A DNA stretch of 55,216 bases. It comes from Bacteroidota bacterium. Its GTDB lineage: Bacteria; Bacteroidota; Ignavibacteria; UBA10030. The stretch covers positions 1-55,216 of the forward strand of contig DATJYV010000184.1 of assembly GCA_035499415.1 (NCBI GenBank), written 5' to 3'. Below, piece after piece: positions 7,068 to 15,542 of the stretch. A program made the position numbers and the translations under genes. The notes beneath the pieces are model-generated. The model saw only the letters and a program-made list of their open reading frames with translations, searched no databases and had not been told where the DNA came from. Each line of letters starts with the position of its first letter. Position 1 is the first letter of the stretch.

Positions 7068-9044
7068 TTGAGGGTATCTATAGCCCCACAACCAACAACG
7101 ACTGACGCCCGTAAGCTTGACGAAATCCGTTCCTGGGTTAACTCATTGTCGTTAACGCAGGAAGTGATTCTCGTGGCGGGCGTCATTCTCTTTTTTGCAG
7201 GGTTTGGCTCTGCTTCCATATGGCTCAGAGTCCTTGCCCTTCTCATTTCAAGTTCTTTGATAACGTTCGTCCTCGTCCAACGATGGCGTCTCAAGAATCC
7301 GCTCCGCATTCAGGCCGACGATAAAGCCGGCGAACCTCCGGCTTCGGAAGAGACGGCGAAGAAGCTTTATTTCGACGACTATCAGGATTCCGTACATAAC
7401 TACAAGATTGAAACGGTTACGGATGTACCGGGTCGCAGTCCCGTCGTTCATCACACGGAGATTCCAACCATGACTCAACCTCAGAGAATCATGCAAGCTC
7501 CTCCGCCGGAATTTCAGCTGGCAGATTTCTTCGACCTGCAGGAGGATGAAGGGAACAGGGAGCAAGGGCCGAAGGCGGAATTCTCCCATCTTCTGAAGAA
7601 GGTGCTCGCCGTGGTGAAAGAAGTGAACTTTGCGCATACGGTGGCGCTTTTCTGGGTCAACCGGGACAAGAAACAGCTTGTGCTGGAGAACCACGTTTCC
7701 GACAGCGAGCATTTCACGACGCATCGGCGCCGTGAGGTGGGGCAGGACCTCGTGAGCCAGGTCGCAACGACGGGGAAGCCGCAGATGGTGGGAAGCATGA
7801 GCGCGGGGGCGCGTGGGGACATGATCCCGTACTACGACGCGCCGGAGGAGATACGGACCTTTCTGGGCGTTCCGATTTTTTATGCCGGAGCATCGGCGCG
7901 CGAGCAGCAGCCGGTGGCCGTTTTGACGCTCGATTGCCGGGGCGAAGATGCGTACGGCCCCGAGACGATGACGCTCCTGGGACAATTCACCAAGCTCATC
8001 TCGGCGCTCATCCAGAGTTACACCGACAAGTACGACCTTCTGCTCGATTCGGAAGTGCTCCGCTCGATCACGAGATTCCGCGAGCATCTGAAGATGGATT
8101 TCTCGATTCCGTCGGTCGCGCGCTCGCTGGCCGAGGAGTCTTCCCGGCTCGTGCCGTGGGATTACATTACTGTCGTCGTCTTCGACGAAAGCCGGAAGTC
8201 GTGGGTCATCCAGCACGTGATGAACCGGATGAACGACCCGTACGTCCCGCTGATGAGCGAGGTCGACCCGCATCAAAGCGTCGTCGGCGCCGTGATTCAG
8301 TCGTGCGTCCCGCGGATCGTCGAAAGCGCCGCGTCGCTGAGCGTTCCGCGCTACTATCTTGCCGAGCGCTGCGAATCGGCCGGCTCGATGATCGTCGTTC
8401 CCCTGAATTCGGTCAGCCGGTGCTACGGAGCGCTGGTCGTCGAGAACAAGGACGCCCGCACGTACTCCGAGGCGGACGTGAAGCTCGTCCAGAAGCTGAG
8501 CGAGACGGCGTCGTGGGGTCTGGAAATCCTGAGTTTGACGGATATCGCAACCAATTATGTCTCGCTCGACGAGACGACCGGCGTCGCGACGCGCAAGCAT
8601 TTTCTCGAGCGGGTCCAAGAAGAAGTCCAGCGAAGCGGGGATTTCAGCGGCGAAGCTTCGGTGGTGATGATTGCTATCGACGCAATGAGCGACCACCTCT
8701 CGCGCCACGGACGGGAGGCGTTTGATTTTGTCCTTCAGAACATCGGCCGCATGGTGAAAAGCGCCGTGAGGCCGTACGATGTCGTCGGGCGATTCGACTT
8801 CAACCGCTTCGGTGTCTTGCTCGTCAACACCAACGCGAACGAAGCGAGCTTGTGGGCGGAGAAGATCCGGAAAAACGTTGCCAGCAACATCATAAACGTC
8901 GAAGGGAAGAGTTTCTCCGTGACGGTGAGCATCGGCATCTCGGGAATGTCGGTCGTCGGGTCGGACGTGGAATTGCTCGAGAATGCGGACAAGGTTTTGA
9001 AAAAAGCGGTGGAGGCCGGCGGAAACATCGTTCGCGTGTTCTAA
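7068..9044 (+). CDS. Membrane-anchored GAF-GAF-GGDEF protein with a degenerate diguanylate cyclase active site
   Basis: 658 aa from TTG 7068; the start is uncertain (see findings). It has two N-terminal hydrophobic helices, two GAF-like regions, and a C-terminal GGDEF fold (ATRKHFLERV..., SIGISG..., NADKVLKKAVEAGGNIV) in which GG(D/E)EF reads DFNRF. Confidence 0.8.
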   Translation: MRVSIAPQPTTTDARKLDEIRSWVNSLSLTQEVILVAGVILFFAGFGSASIWLRVLALLISSSLITFVLVQRWRLKNPLRIQADDKAGEPPASEETAKKLYFDDYQDSVHNYKIETVTDVPGRSPVVHHTEIPTMTQPQRIMQAPPPEFQLADFFDLQEDEGNREQGPKAEFSHLLKKVLAVVKEVNFAHTVALFWVNRDKKQLVLENHVSDSEHFTTHRRREVGQDLVSQVATTGKPQMVGSMSAGARGDMIPYYDAPEEIRTFLGVPIFYAGASAREQQPVAVLTLDCRGEDAYGPETMTLLGQFTKLISALIQSYTDKYDLLLDSEVLRSITRFREHLKMDFSIPSVARSLAEESSRLVPWDYITVVVFDESRKSWVIQHVMNRMNDPYVPLMSEVDPHQSVVGAVIQSCVPRIVESAASLSVPRYYLAERCESAGSMIVVPLNSVSRCYGALVVENKDARTYSEADVKLVQKLSETASWGLEILSLTDIATNYVSLDETTGVATRKHFLERVQEEVQRSGDFSGEASVVMIAIDAMSDHLSRHGREAFDFVLQNIGRMVKSAVRPYDVVGRFDFNRFGVLLVNTNANEASLWAEKIRKNVASNIINVEGKSFSVTVSIGISGMSVVGSDVELLENADKVLKKAVEAGGNIVRVF

Positions 9045-9118
9045 GCACGCGCCGGAACGGTCACCAATCAACAATCCCGGGAGCACTCCCGGACACACAT
9101 CGAATGCCGGAGTAAGCA

Positions 9119-9313
9119 ATGGCGAAGCAAACAGATTTTGCGGAGAAAGCGAAGAAGTCCGCGATGGAACGCGGAATAAAATGCCCCAAGTGCGGCTCGA
9201 TCAAGGTTCCAACCCTCTTCGTGAGCTCGGTCCCGTCTGCTCACGGATCCTATCGATTCAACCGGAAGCACGTCCAAATCTGCAAGTGCAACGAAAAAGA
9301 GATCTACGGATAG
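9119..9313 (+). CDS. Small zinc-ribbon protein (64 aa), hypothetical
   Basis: CPKCGS...CKC cysteine pairs. GGAG lies 6 nt upstream of the ATG. Coding-like codon usage. Confidence 0.5.
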   Translation: MAKQTDFAEKAKKSAMERGIKCPKCGSIKVPTLFVSSVPSAHGSYRFNRKHVQICKCNEKEIYG

Positions 9314-9345
9314 TCCATCCGTCCTGAATCTCTGCGCCGCGCTCG

Positions 9346-10536
9346 TTGAAGCGGAACAAGTTAATACTCATTGTCCTCGACGGCGTCGGTATCGGTGCAT
9401 TGCCGGACGCCGCGGCCTATGGCGACAGCGGCACGAACACCATTGCCAACGTCGCTCGTGCCGTCGGAGGATTGACGTTGCCCAACCTCGGGAAAATAGG
9501 GCTGGGAAACATCGCGGCGATTCAGGGAGTGCGGCCGGACCCGCGGGCGGCGGGGGCGTTCGGAAAGATGGCCGAGCGTTCGAAGGGCAAGGACAGCACG
9601 ACCGGGCATTGGGAGATCGCGGGCGTCATCACCGAACGCCCTTTTCCGACATATCCCAAGGGTTTCCCCGCATCGCTTCTCTCGACGTTTCAGGCGAATA
9701 CGGGCTGCAAGGGAATTCTCGGAAACAAAGCGGCATCGGGAACCGAGATCATCAAGGACCTCGGCGACGAGCACGTGCGTACGGGATTTCCGATCGTCTA
9801 CACGTCGGGCGATTCGGTATTTCAGATCGCGGCGCACGAAGAGGTGATCCCGCTCGGGGAGCTTTATGAGATCTGCAGGAAAACGCGCGAATCGGTTGTC
9901 ATCGGCGAACATGAGGTCGGAAGGGTGATCGCGCGTCCCTTTGTCGGAACAAGCGGGAAATACACACGGACGCCGAACAGAAAAGACTTTGCAGTCCAGC
10001 CGCCGGGACGAACCGTGCTCGAAGTTCTGCTCGATGCCGGAGTCGAGACGCGGGCGGTCGGAAAAATCGACGACCTGTTTTCGGGAAAAGGGTTGAAGGA
10101 AAAGGTTCACACGAAATCGAACAAGGAAGGAATTGAGCAAATCATCGGCCAGGCCGCCCGGATGAATTCCGGTTTCCTCATGGCAAACCTCGTCGATTTC
10201 GACATGCTGTTCGGGCACCGGCAGGACGCACGAGGGTTCGCGTCGGCATTGGAAGAGTTTGACAGATCCCTCCCGGGGATCCAGGAATGCCTGGAACCGG
10301 GGGATGGATTGATGATCACGGCGGATCACGGCAACGACCCCACGGATTCAAGCACCGACCATTCGCGCGAGTACGTGCCGATCTTATGGTTCTCGAATGA
10401 CGGTCCCCGGAACGTAAACCTCGGAACGCGTCGCTCCTTTGCCGATGCAGGCAGGACCGTGGCGGATTTCTTCAACGTGAAGAACTCGCTTCCCGGCGAG
10501 AGTTTCCTGGACATCGTGCTGCCCGGAAAGAACTGA
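9346..10536 (+). CDS. deoB: Phosphopentomutase
   Basis: 396 aa from a TTG start. MKRNKLILIVLDGVGIGALPDAAAYGDSGTNT and ITADHGNDPT match the DeoB metal-site motifs, and the N-terminus aligns right at the TTG. Confidence 0.92.
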   Translation: MKRNKLILIVLDGVGIGALPDAAAYGDSGTNTIANVARAVGGLTLPNLGKIGLGNIAAIQGVRPDPRAAGAFGKMAERSKGKDSTTGHWEIAGVITERPFPTYPKGFPASLLSTFQANTGCKGILGNKAASGTEIIKDLGDEHVRTGFPIVYTSGDSVFQIAAHEEVIPLGELYEICRKTRESVVIGEHEVGRVIARPFVGTSGKYTRTPNRKDFAVQPPGRTVLEVLLDAGVETRAVGKIDDLFSGKGLKEKVHTKSNKEGIEQIIGQAARMNSGFLMANLVDFDMLFGHRQDARGFASALEEFDRSLPGIQECLEPGDGLMITADHGNDPTDSSTDHSREYVPILWFSNDGPRNVNLGTRRSFADAGRTVADFFNVKNSLPGESFLDIVLPGKN

Positions 10537-10543
10537 GCGTCCC

Positions 10544-10852
10544 ATGGAATCCCGCGGGCACGACGAAGGAAGAGAAATTGTTCTGGAAAGGAGCAGGGCG
10601 GGGGGAACAGAAATTCCGGAAGGGCTTCTCGACCGACTGCACATCAGACCGGGAACGAGATTCACGGTCCGTTTCAAGGAACGCGTGCTTTCGACCGCGC
10701 TCCGGAAGCGCGGCGTGACGGAGGCAGAGATCGAGAAAATTGCTGCGATTCAACTTGAGCCGGAGGCGAATGTCGTCCGGTTCCTTGCAAGTGAGGGCGC
10801 ACTGGGCAGGCACGCTCGATTCCGGAAGAGATCAGAGAGGTTGTTGCGTTGA
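10544..10852 (+). CDS. SpoVT/AbrB-domain protein (antitoxin-like)
   Basis: 102 aa. EIPEGLLDRLHIRPGTRFTVRF resembles the AbrB/MazE swapped-hairpin motif. Its stop overlaps the next start (TTGA). Confidence 0.55.
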   Translation: MESRGHDEGREIVLERSRAGGTEIPEGLLDRLHIRPGTRFTVRFKERVLSTALRKRGVTEAEIEKIAAIQLEPEANVVRFLASEGALGRHARFRKRSERLLR

Positions 10853-11262
10853 AGGGTTCAAAAGTTGTCGTCGATACGGACCTCCTGGTTGACCATGTGC
10901 TGGGCCGGGGTGAAACGAAGAAGACGGTACGCGGTGCGTTGCGGCGGTTGATGGCGGAAAAATTCTGTTATACGACCGTATTCAACGCCATCGAAGCGTT
11001 TTCGTTCTGTGAGACTCCGGAGGAGGTTCGGACGGTCGAAGGTGTCATGCATGCGATGAAGATTCTCGGGTTAAACGGCAAGAGCGGAAAAAACGTGGGC
11101 AACGTTTTCCGCGGACGCGCGTGGAATGCCGGCGCCGGGCTCGCGCCGCTGATTGCCGGGTTGTGCATGGAAAGCCGGCTTCCGCTCGTGACGAACCGTC
11201 CGCGCCGGTATCGCGGGATCCACGGATTGCGGCTGATATCGCCGTCAACGCTGCTCACGTAA
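10849..11262 (+). CDS. PIN-domain-like protein (VapC-like, possibly catalytically degenerate)
   Basis: 137 aa from a TTG start. VVVDTDLLVDH (first acidic residue), FNAIEAF and LIAGLCMESRLPLVTNRPRRY follow PIN topology. Confidence 0.5.
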   Translation: MKGSKVVVDTDLLVDHVLGRGETKKTVRGALRRLMAEKFCYTTVFNAIEAFSFCETPEEVRTVEGVMHAMKILGLNGKSGKNVGNVFRGRAWNAGAGLAPLIAGLCMESRLPLVTNRPRRYRGIHGLRLISPSTLLT

Positions 11263-11277
11263 ACCAAGAGGTGGACG

Positions 11278-11547
11278 ATGGTGCTGGGTAAGGTGGTCGG
11301 AACCGTCTGGGCGACACGCAAGGACGAAGACCTTGTCGGTATGAAATTCCAGATCGTCAAACATGTCGACGTCGACTACAAACTCAAGGACACGTTCGTT
11401 GTGGCGGTTGACACCGTGCAAGCGGGCGTCGGCGACGTCGTGCTGGTGACATCCGGAAGTTCGGCGCGTCAAACCTCACAGACGAAGAACAAGCCGGTGG
11501 ATGCGGTCATCGTTGCGGTCGTTGATAAACTCGATATCGCGGACTAG
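11278..11547 (+). CDS. EutN/CcmL/PduN-family bacterial microcompartment vertex protein (BMC-P), paralog 1
   Basis: 89 aa. MVLGKVVGTVWATRKDEDL, VAVDTVQAGVGDVVLVTSGSSARQ and PVDAVIVAVVDKLD are family hallmarks. GAGGTGG Shine-Dalgarno site upstream. Confidence 0.85.
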   Translation: MVLGKVVGTVWATRKDEDLVGMKFQIVKHVDVDYKLKDTFVVAVDTVQAGVGDVVLVTSGSSARQTSQTKNKPVDAVIVAVVDKLDIAD

Positions 11548-11555
11548 GAGAGAAA

Positions 11556-11852
11556 TTGTTTTTCGCCAACGTTGTCGGGACCATCTGGGCGACGCGAAAG
11601 GATGAGATGTTGAAGTCGTTCAAGCTTCAGCTCATCCAGCCGATCAATGCCCGGCGTGAAAAGCAGGGGGGTCCCATCGTCGCCGTCGACACCGTCGGGG
11701 CCGGGCCGGGGGAGACCGTTTTCTACATCACGGCGCGTGAAGCGGTCATTCCGCTCCCCGTGGAGACGTCTCCGGTCGATGCCAGCATCGTCGGCATTGT
11801 CGACCGGATCGACCTTGCAGAAAAGACAAGGGAATCCGGCGCGTCCCGATAA
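11556..11852 (+). CDS. EutN/CcmL/PduN-family vertex protein (BMC-P), diverged paralog 2
   Basis: 98 aa from a TTG start with GGAG 5 nt upstream. NVVGTIWATRKDEML, VAVDTVGAGPGETV and PVDASIVGIVDRIDL. Confidence 0.8.
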   Translation: MFFANVVGTIWATRKDEMLKSFKLQLIQPINARREKQGGPIVAVDTVGAGPGETVFYITAREAVIPLPVETSPVDASIVGIVDRIDLAEKTRESGASR

Positions 11853-11873
11853 GGGTTTGGACAAGGAAATCGA

Positions 11874-12731
11874 ATGGTAAAAATCAGCAAACAGTACACG
11901 AACCGCGAAAGCCAGTCGCTCGACAAGTACTTGCAGGAGATCGGCAAGGTCGACCTGTTGTCTCCGGCGGAGGAGATCGACCTCGCGAAGAGGATCAAGA
12001 AGGGGGACCAGAAAGCTCTCGAGAAGCTGACCAAAGCCAACCTCCGGTTCGTCGTGAGCGTCGCGAAGCAGTACCAGAACCAGGGACTCTCCCTCGGCGA
12101 CCTGATCAACGAAGGGAACCTTGGACTGATCAAAGCGGCGAAGAGGTTCGACGAGACGCGCGGGTTCAAGTTCATTTCGTACGCGGTGTGGTGGATCAGG
12201 CAGTCGATCCTCCAGGCGCTTGCCGAGCAATCGAGGATCGTCCGTCTTCCCCTCAATCGCGTCGGCGCGTTGAACAAGATCGGGAAGGCATTCAGCACGC
12301 TCGAGCAGGAATTCGAGCGCGAGCCGAGCGCGAGCGAGCTGGCCGAAGAGTTGGACATGTCGCTCTTCGAGGTTTCCGACACCCTCAAGATTTCCGGCCG
12401 CCATCTGTCGATGGATGCGCCGTTCGCGCAAGGCGAGGACAATCGCCTGCTGGATGTGATTCAGGACCAGCGGCAGCCGGCTCCCGACTCGACGCTGATG
12501 GAGGAATCCTTGAGGGAAGAAGTGCGCCGGGCGCTGCACACGCTGAGCGAGCGGGAGGCGCAGGTCATCAAATTGTACTTCGGCCTGGAGCAGGAACACT
12601 CGCTGACGCTCGAAGAAATCGGCGAGAAATTCAACCTGACCCGCGAGCGGGTCCGGCAGATCAAAGAAAAAGCGATCCGCCGGCTGCGCCACGCATCGCG
12701 GAGCAAGGCGTTGCGGGCGTACCTGGGCTGA
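11874..12731 (+). CDS. rpoD: RNA polymerase primary-type sigma-70 factor (short form, no region 1.1)
   Basis: 285 aa. Regions 2-4 are present ([34 protein letters not shown]; [29 protein letters not shown]). Confidence 0.92.
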   Translation: MVKISKQYTNRESQSLDKYLQEIGKVDLLSPAEEIDLAKRIKKGDQKALEKLTKANLRFVVSVAKQYQNQGLSLGDLINEGNLGLIKAAKRFDETRGFKFISYAVWWIRQSILQALAEQSRIVRLPLNRVGALNKIGKAFSTLEQEFEREPSASELAEELDMSLFEVSDTLKISGRHLSMDAPFAQGEDNRLLDVIQDQRQPAPDSTLMEESLREEVRRALHTLSEREAQVIKLYFGLEQEHSLTLEEIGEKFNLTRERVRQIKEKAIRRLRHASRSKALRAYLG

Positions 12732-12771
12732 AATAATCCGGAGGCACATCATCGAAGCTCCCTCGGGCCCG

Positions 12772-13404
12772 ATGAAACCTGCCGTCACCATTCTCCTCCT
12801 TACCCTCGTTTCCATTCTCATCTCGGGATGCGGTTCCTCGTCTCCGCGGTATGCGACAAACGAGAAGCCACCTTCCGGGGAGCGGCCGGAGAAAAAAACC
12901 TCTGCGCGCTTTTCTTCCGAGGCCGAAGAGGAACGGAAGGAGGACGACAAGAAGGTTGAGCCGACCGAGATCGAGCGCATCAAGGCGGGTACGCGGGATT
13001 TTCGACGGGAGAAAAATACCTCGATCAAGCCGCTCGACCAGAGCCGCATGATGCGCGAGATTTCGAAGTACATGGGAGTGCCCTACGAGCTCGGTGGGTC
13101 GGACGAGAAGGGGATGGATTGCTCGGGCTATACGATGGTTGTCTATAAGAATGCCGTCGGCAAATCCCTTCCGCGTTCGGCATCGGAACAGTCGAAAACC
13201 GGGGTGCCGGTCGACCTGAAGGATTTGAAGTTCGGCGACCTGATTTTCTTCAACACGACCGGGACTTCGGCTTCGCACGTGGGCATCTATCTTGGAGATG
13301 ACCTCTTTGCCCACGCGAGCGTTTCCCTGGGCGTCACCATCTCGTCGCTCGAAAGTACGTATTACAAAAGCCGTTACGACGGGGCGCGCCGTGTCATTGA
13401 GTGA
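12772..13404 (+). CDS. NlpC/P60 (C40) cell-wall peptidase lipoprotein
   Basis: Signal peptide plus lipobox LISGC. Catalytic GMDCSGYT...SHVGIYLGDDLFAHAS. Confidence 0.85.
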   Translation: MKPAVTILLLTLVSILISGCGSSSPRYATNEKPPSGERPEKKTSARFSSEAEEERKEDDKKVEPTEIERIKAGTRDFRREKNTSIKPLDQSRMMREISKYMGVPYELGGSDEKGMDCSGYTMVVYKNAVGKSLPRSASEQSKTGVPVDLKDLKFGDLIFFNTTGTSASHVGIYLGDDLFAHASVSLGVTISSLESTYYKSRYDGARRVIE

Positions 13405-13409
13405 CTCGG

Positions 13410-13438
13410 TTGATTTGAAGGCGCTTCGTTCTTAAATT
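13410..13438 (+). promoter_or_regulatory. Sigma70-type promoter candidate for def-fmt
   Basis: TTGATT-N17-TAAATT, about 30 nt upstream of ATG 13471. Confidence 0.4.
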
Positions 13439-13470
13439 CCCATCCTGATAATCGCGTTCCATCAGGCCCC

Positions 13471-14073
13471 TTGACGACCATGTCCGTACTCCCCATACAC
13501 CTTTTTGGCTCCGACGCTTTGCGTGCAAAGGCAAAGCCGGTCCGTTCGCTTGACGATTCGGTCGTGAAGCTCATCTACGACATGTTCGAAACCATGCGCA
13601 GTGCGAACGGCATCGGCCTCGCCGCGACGCAGGTGGGGGATTTGCGCCGGGTCATCGTCATCGACATTACAGAAACCGAGCCGAAGGAAGAAGGAGAAGA
13701 GGTCGACCCTGCGAAGAAGACGTCTCCTGAGCTTCCGCGAACGTTGGTGCTCATCAATCCGGAGGTCGTCGGAGAGGAGGGCACGTGGTCGATGGAAGAG
13801 GGGTGTTTGAGCATTCCCGAAGTACGGGCCGACGTGGAACGTGCGGGAAAAGTCCGCGTCCGGTTCCGGGATGCGGACTTTCGCGAGCAGGAATTGCTCA
13901 TGGACGGAATTCTCGCCCGCGTCGCCCTCCACGAAATCGACCATATCAACGGCGTATTGTTCATTGACCGAATTCCGCGGCCCGTGCGGAACACCCTCAA
14001 GCCGCAGCTCCGCAAGATCAAGAAAGGCGAAGTCGAAACGAGCTATCCGGTCGTCAACGGCGTGGAGGTGTGA
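13471..14073 (+). CDS. def: Peptide deformylase
   Basis: GIGLAATQVG, EGCLSIP and HEIDHINGVLF motifs. Confidence 0.95.
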   Translation: MTTMSVLPIHLFGSDALRAKAKPVRSLDDSVVKLIYDMFETMRSANGIGLAATQVGDLRRVIVIDITETEPKEEGEEVDPAKKTSPELPRTLVLINPEVVGEEGTWSMEEGCLSIPEVRADVERAGKVRVRFRDADFREQELLMDGILARVALHEIDHINGVLFIDRIPRPVRNTLKPQLRKIKKGEVETSYPVVNGVEV

Positions 14074-14081
14074 CCATTGCG

Positions 14082-15038
14082 ATGCGCATCCTCTTTATGG
14101 GAACGCCGGATTTTGCCATTCCAACCCTTTCAACCCTTCTCGAACAATCGTACGACATTCCGGCTGTCGTCACCGCTCCAGACAAACCGCGCGGCAGGGG
14201 ACGCGAAGTCTCGTTCACCCCGGTCAAGAACTTCTGTCTGAAAAAAAATATCCCGCTCCTCCAACCCGGGGAGTTGAAGGATCCGCTTTTTCTTTCCGCC
14301 GTCCGGAATCTCGCGCCCGACCTCATCGTCGTCGTTGCATTTCGCATTCTCCCCCGGGAGCTGTTTACCATCCCGTCGCGCGGTTCCATCAACCTTCATG
14401 CATCCCTCCTTCCGCGATATCGCGGTGCAGCGCCGATCAACTGGGCCATTATCAACGGCGAAACCGAAACAGGCGTTACGACATTCTTTCTTCAGGAACG
14501 GGTCGACACCGGATCTGTCATCCTGCAGGCGCGCGTGCGGATTGGGCCGGATGAGACTGCCGGGGATTTGCACGACAAGCTCGCCGAAGTGGGGGCGGAA
14601 ATCGTCCTTCAAAGTGTGAGACTGATCGAGCGGGGACAAGTTCAGACGCGGATGCAGGATGACCGTCTGGCTTCCGCCGCGCCGAAGATTTTTCGGGAGC
14701 ATTGTTCGATCGATTGGGCGAAGAGCGCACGAGAGATTCATAATTTCGTCCGCGGCTTGTCTCCTGTACCGTGCGCGTGGACCAGGCATGCCGGAAAACT
14801 CCTGCGCGTATACCGGACGGCCGTCATGCCCGGCGGCGGTGGTCGGGGGCCGGCGCCTCCGGGGACGGTCGTCGCCGCAGGCGAAAAAGATCTGGTCGTG
14901 CAGTCGGCGGACGGTTGCATCTCGATCCTGGAAATTCAGCAGGAGGGGAAGAAGAGACTCTCGGCGGAAGAATTCCTGAGGGGATACGAGCTCACGGCGG
15001 GTGACCGTTTCGAGGTGCCGCTCCCCGGAGCCGCCTGA
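14082..15038 (+). CDS. fmt: Methionyl-tRNA formyltransferase
   Basis: MRILFMGTPDFA..., HASLLPRYRGAAPI. I chose ATG 14082. GTG 14070, which overlaps the def stop, is an alternative start. Confidence 0.92.
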   Translation: MRILFMGTPDFAIPTLSTLLEQSYDIPAVVTAPDKPRGRGREVSFTPVKNFCLKKNIPLLQPGELKDPLFLSAVRNLAPDLIVVVAFRILPRELFTIPSRGSINLHASLLPRYRGAAPINWAIINGETETGVTTFFLQERVDTGSVILQARVRIGPDETAGDLHDKLAEVGAEIVLQSVRLIERGQVQTRMQDDRLASAAPKIFREHCSIDWAKSAREIHNFVRGLSPVPCAWTRHAGKLLRVYRTAVMPGGGGRGPAPPGTVVAAGEKDLVVQSADGCISILEIQQEGKKRLSAEEFLRGYELTAGDRFEVPLPGAA

Positions 15039-15072
15039 AAAAGAGCATTCTTTTTCGTACGTTCCACAGCCG

Positions 15073-15534
15073 ATGAATTTCATCCGATGGGCATGTCTTG
15101 TGGTGCACGTGGTTTCGACCGTCGTCTGGTTTGGAGGCCTCATCTACCTGAATAGCGTTTTCATTCCTGTTGCCGAGCATGAGCGGGAGACGCGCGCTCC
15201 CCTCTCGATCGCGGCACACCGTCGATTCCTTCCTCTCGTCTGGTCTTCCCTCTGGTCGATGATCTTCACGGGCATCCTCCTGATGCTCCTGAGTCCCCGA
15301 TTTCATTGGGGGGATTACGCGACGCTCTGGCCGCGGTTGCTTGCGGTCAAACAGCTGTCGTTTCTCGCGGTCGGATTATTTTCCTGGCAGATGAAGCGGG
15401 TCCTTGAAAAACTGGAAACGGGGAACGAACATTTTGGGGGATGGTGGGAATCGTACCGCATCCTCCTGCGGCGAACAATCGCCTGCGCATTGCTGGCGAT
15501 CGCGGCGGCGACGGCGATGAGCGTTGTGGATTGA
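15073..15534 (+). CDS. Hypothetical integral membrane protein (about four hydrophobic helices)
   Basis: ORF-track frame 15001..15534 trimmed to ATG 15073. [26 protein letters not shown]... Resemblance to CopD/DUF4149-type proteins is only an impression. Confidence 0.5.
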   Translation: MNFIRWACLVVHVVSTVVWFGGLIYLNSVFIPVAEHERETRAPLSIAAHRRFLPLVWSSLWSMIFTGILLMLLSPRFHWGDYATLWPRLLAVKQLSFLAVGLFSWQMKRVLEKLETGNEHFGGWWESYRILLRRTIACALLAIAAATAMSVVD

Positions 15535-15542
15535 CCCGGACC

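Noticed and set aside
9077-9092. Short GC hairpins after the GGDEF gene (CCGGGA-gcac-TCCCGG), after the nucleotidyltransferase gene (4191-4213, GCCGCC...GGCGGC), after ptsN (about 3610-3630), and in the 50033-50257 convergent spacer (GCCTGCCCG...CGGACAGGC).
   Set aside because: The stems are only 6-9 bp, some with a mismatch, and none has a following U-tract. Such palindromes are frequent in GC-rich DNA, so the evidence is not strong enough to call terminators.
7248-9119. 623-aa ORF on the minus strand, opposite the GAF-GGDEF gene.
   Set aside because: It is an Arg/His/Asp-rich shadow frame with no recognisable domain. The plus frame carries the GAF and GGDEF folds.
11544-13073. 509-aa minus-strand ORF covering EutN2, rpoD and the start of the NlpC/P60 gene.
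   Set aside because: It is antisense to three genes with strong family signatures and has low-complexity, Arg-rich composition.
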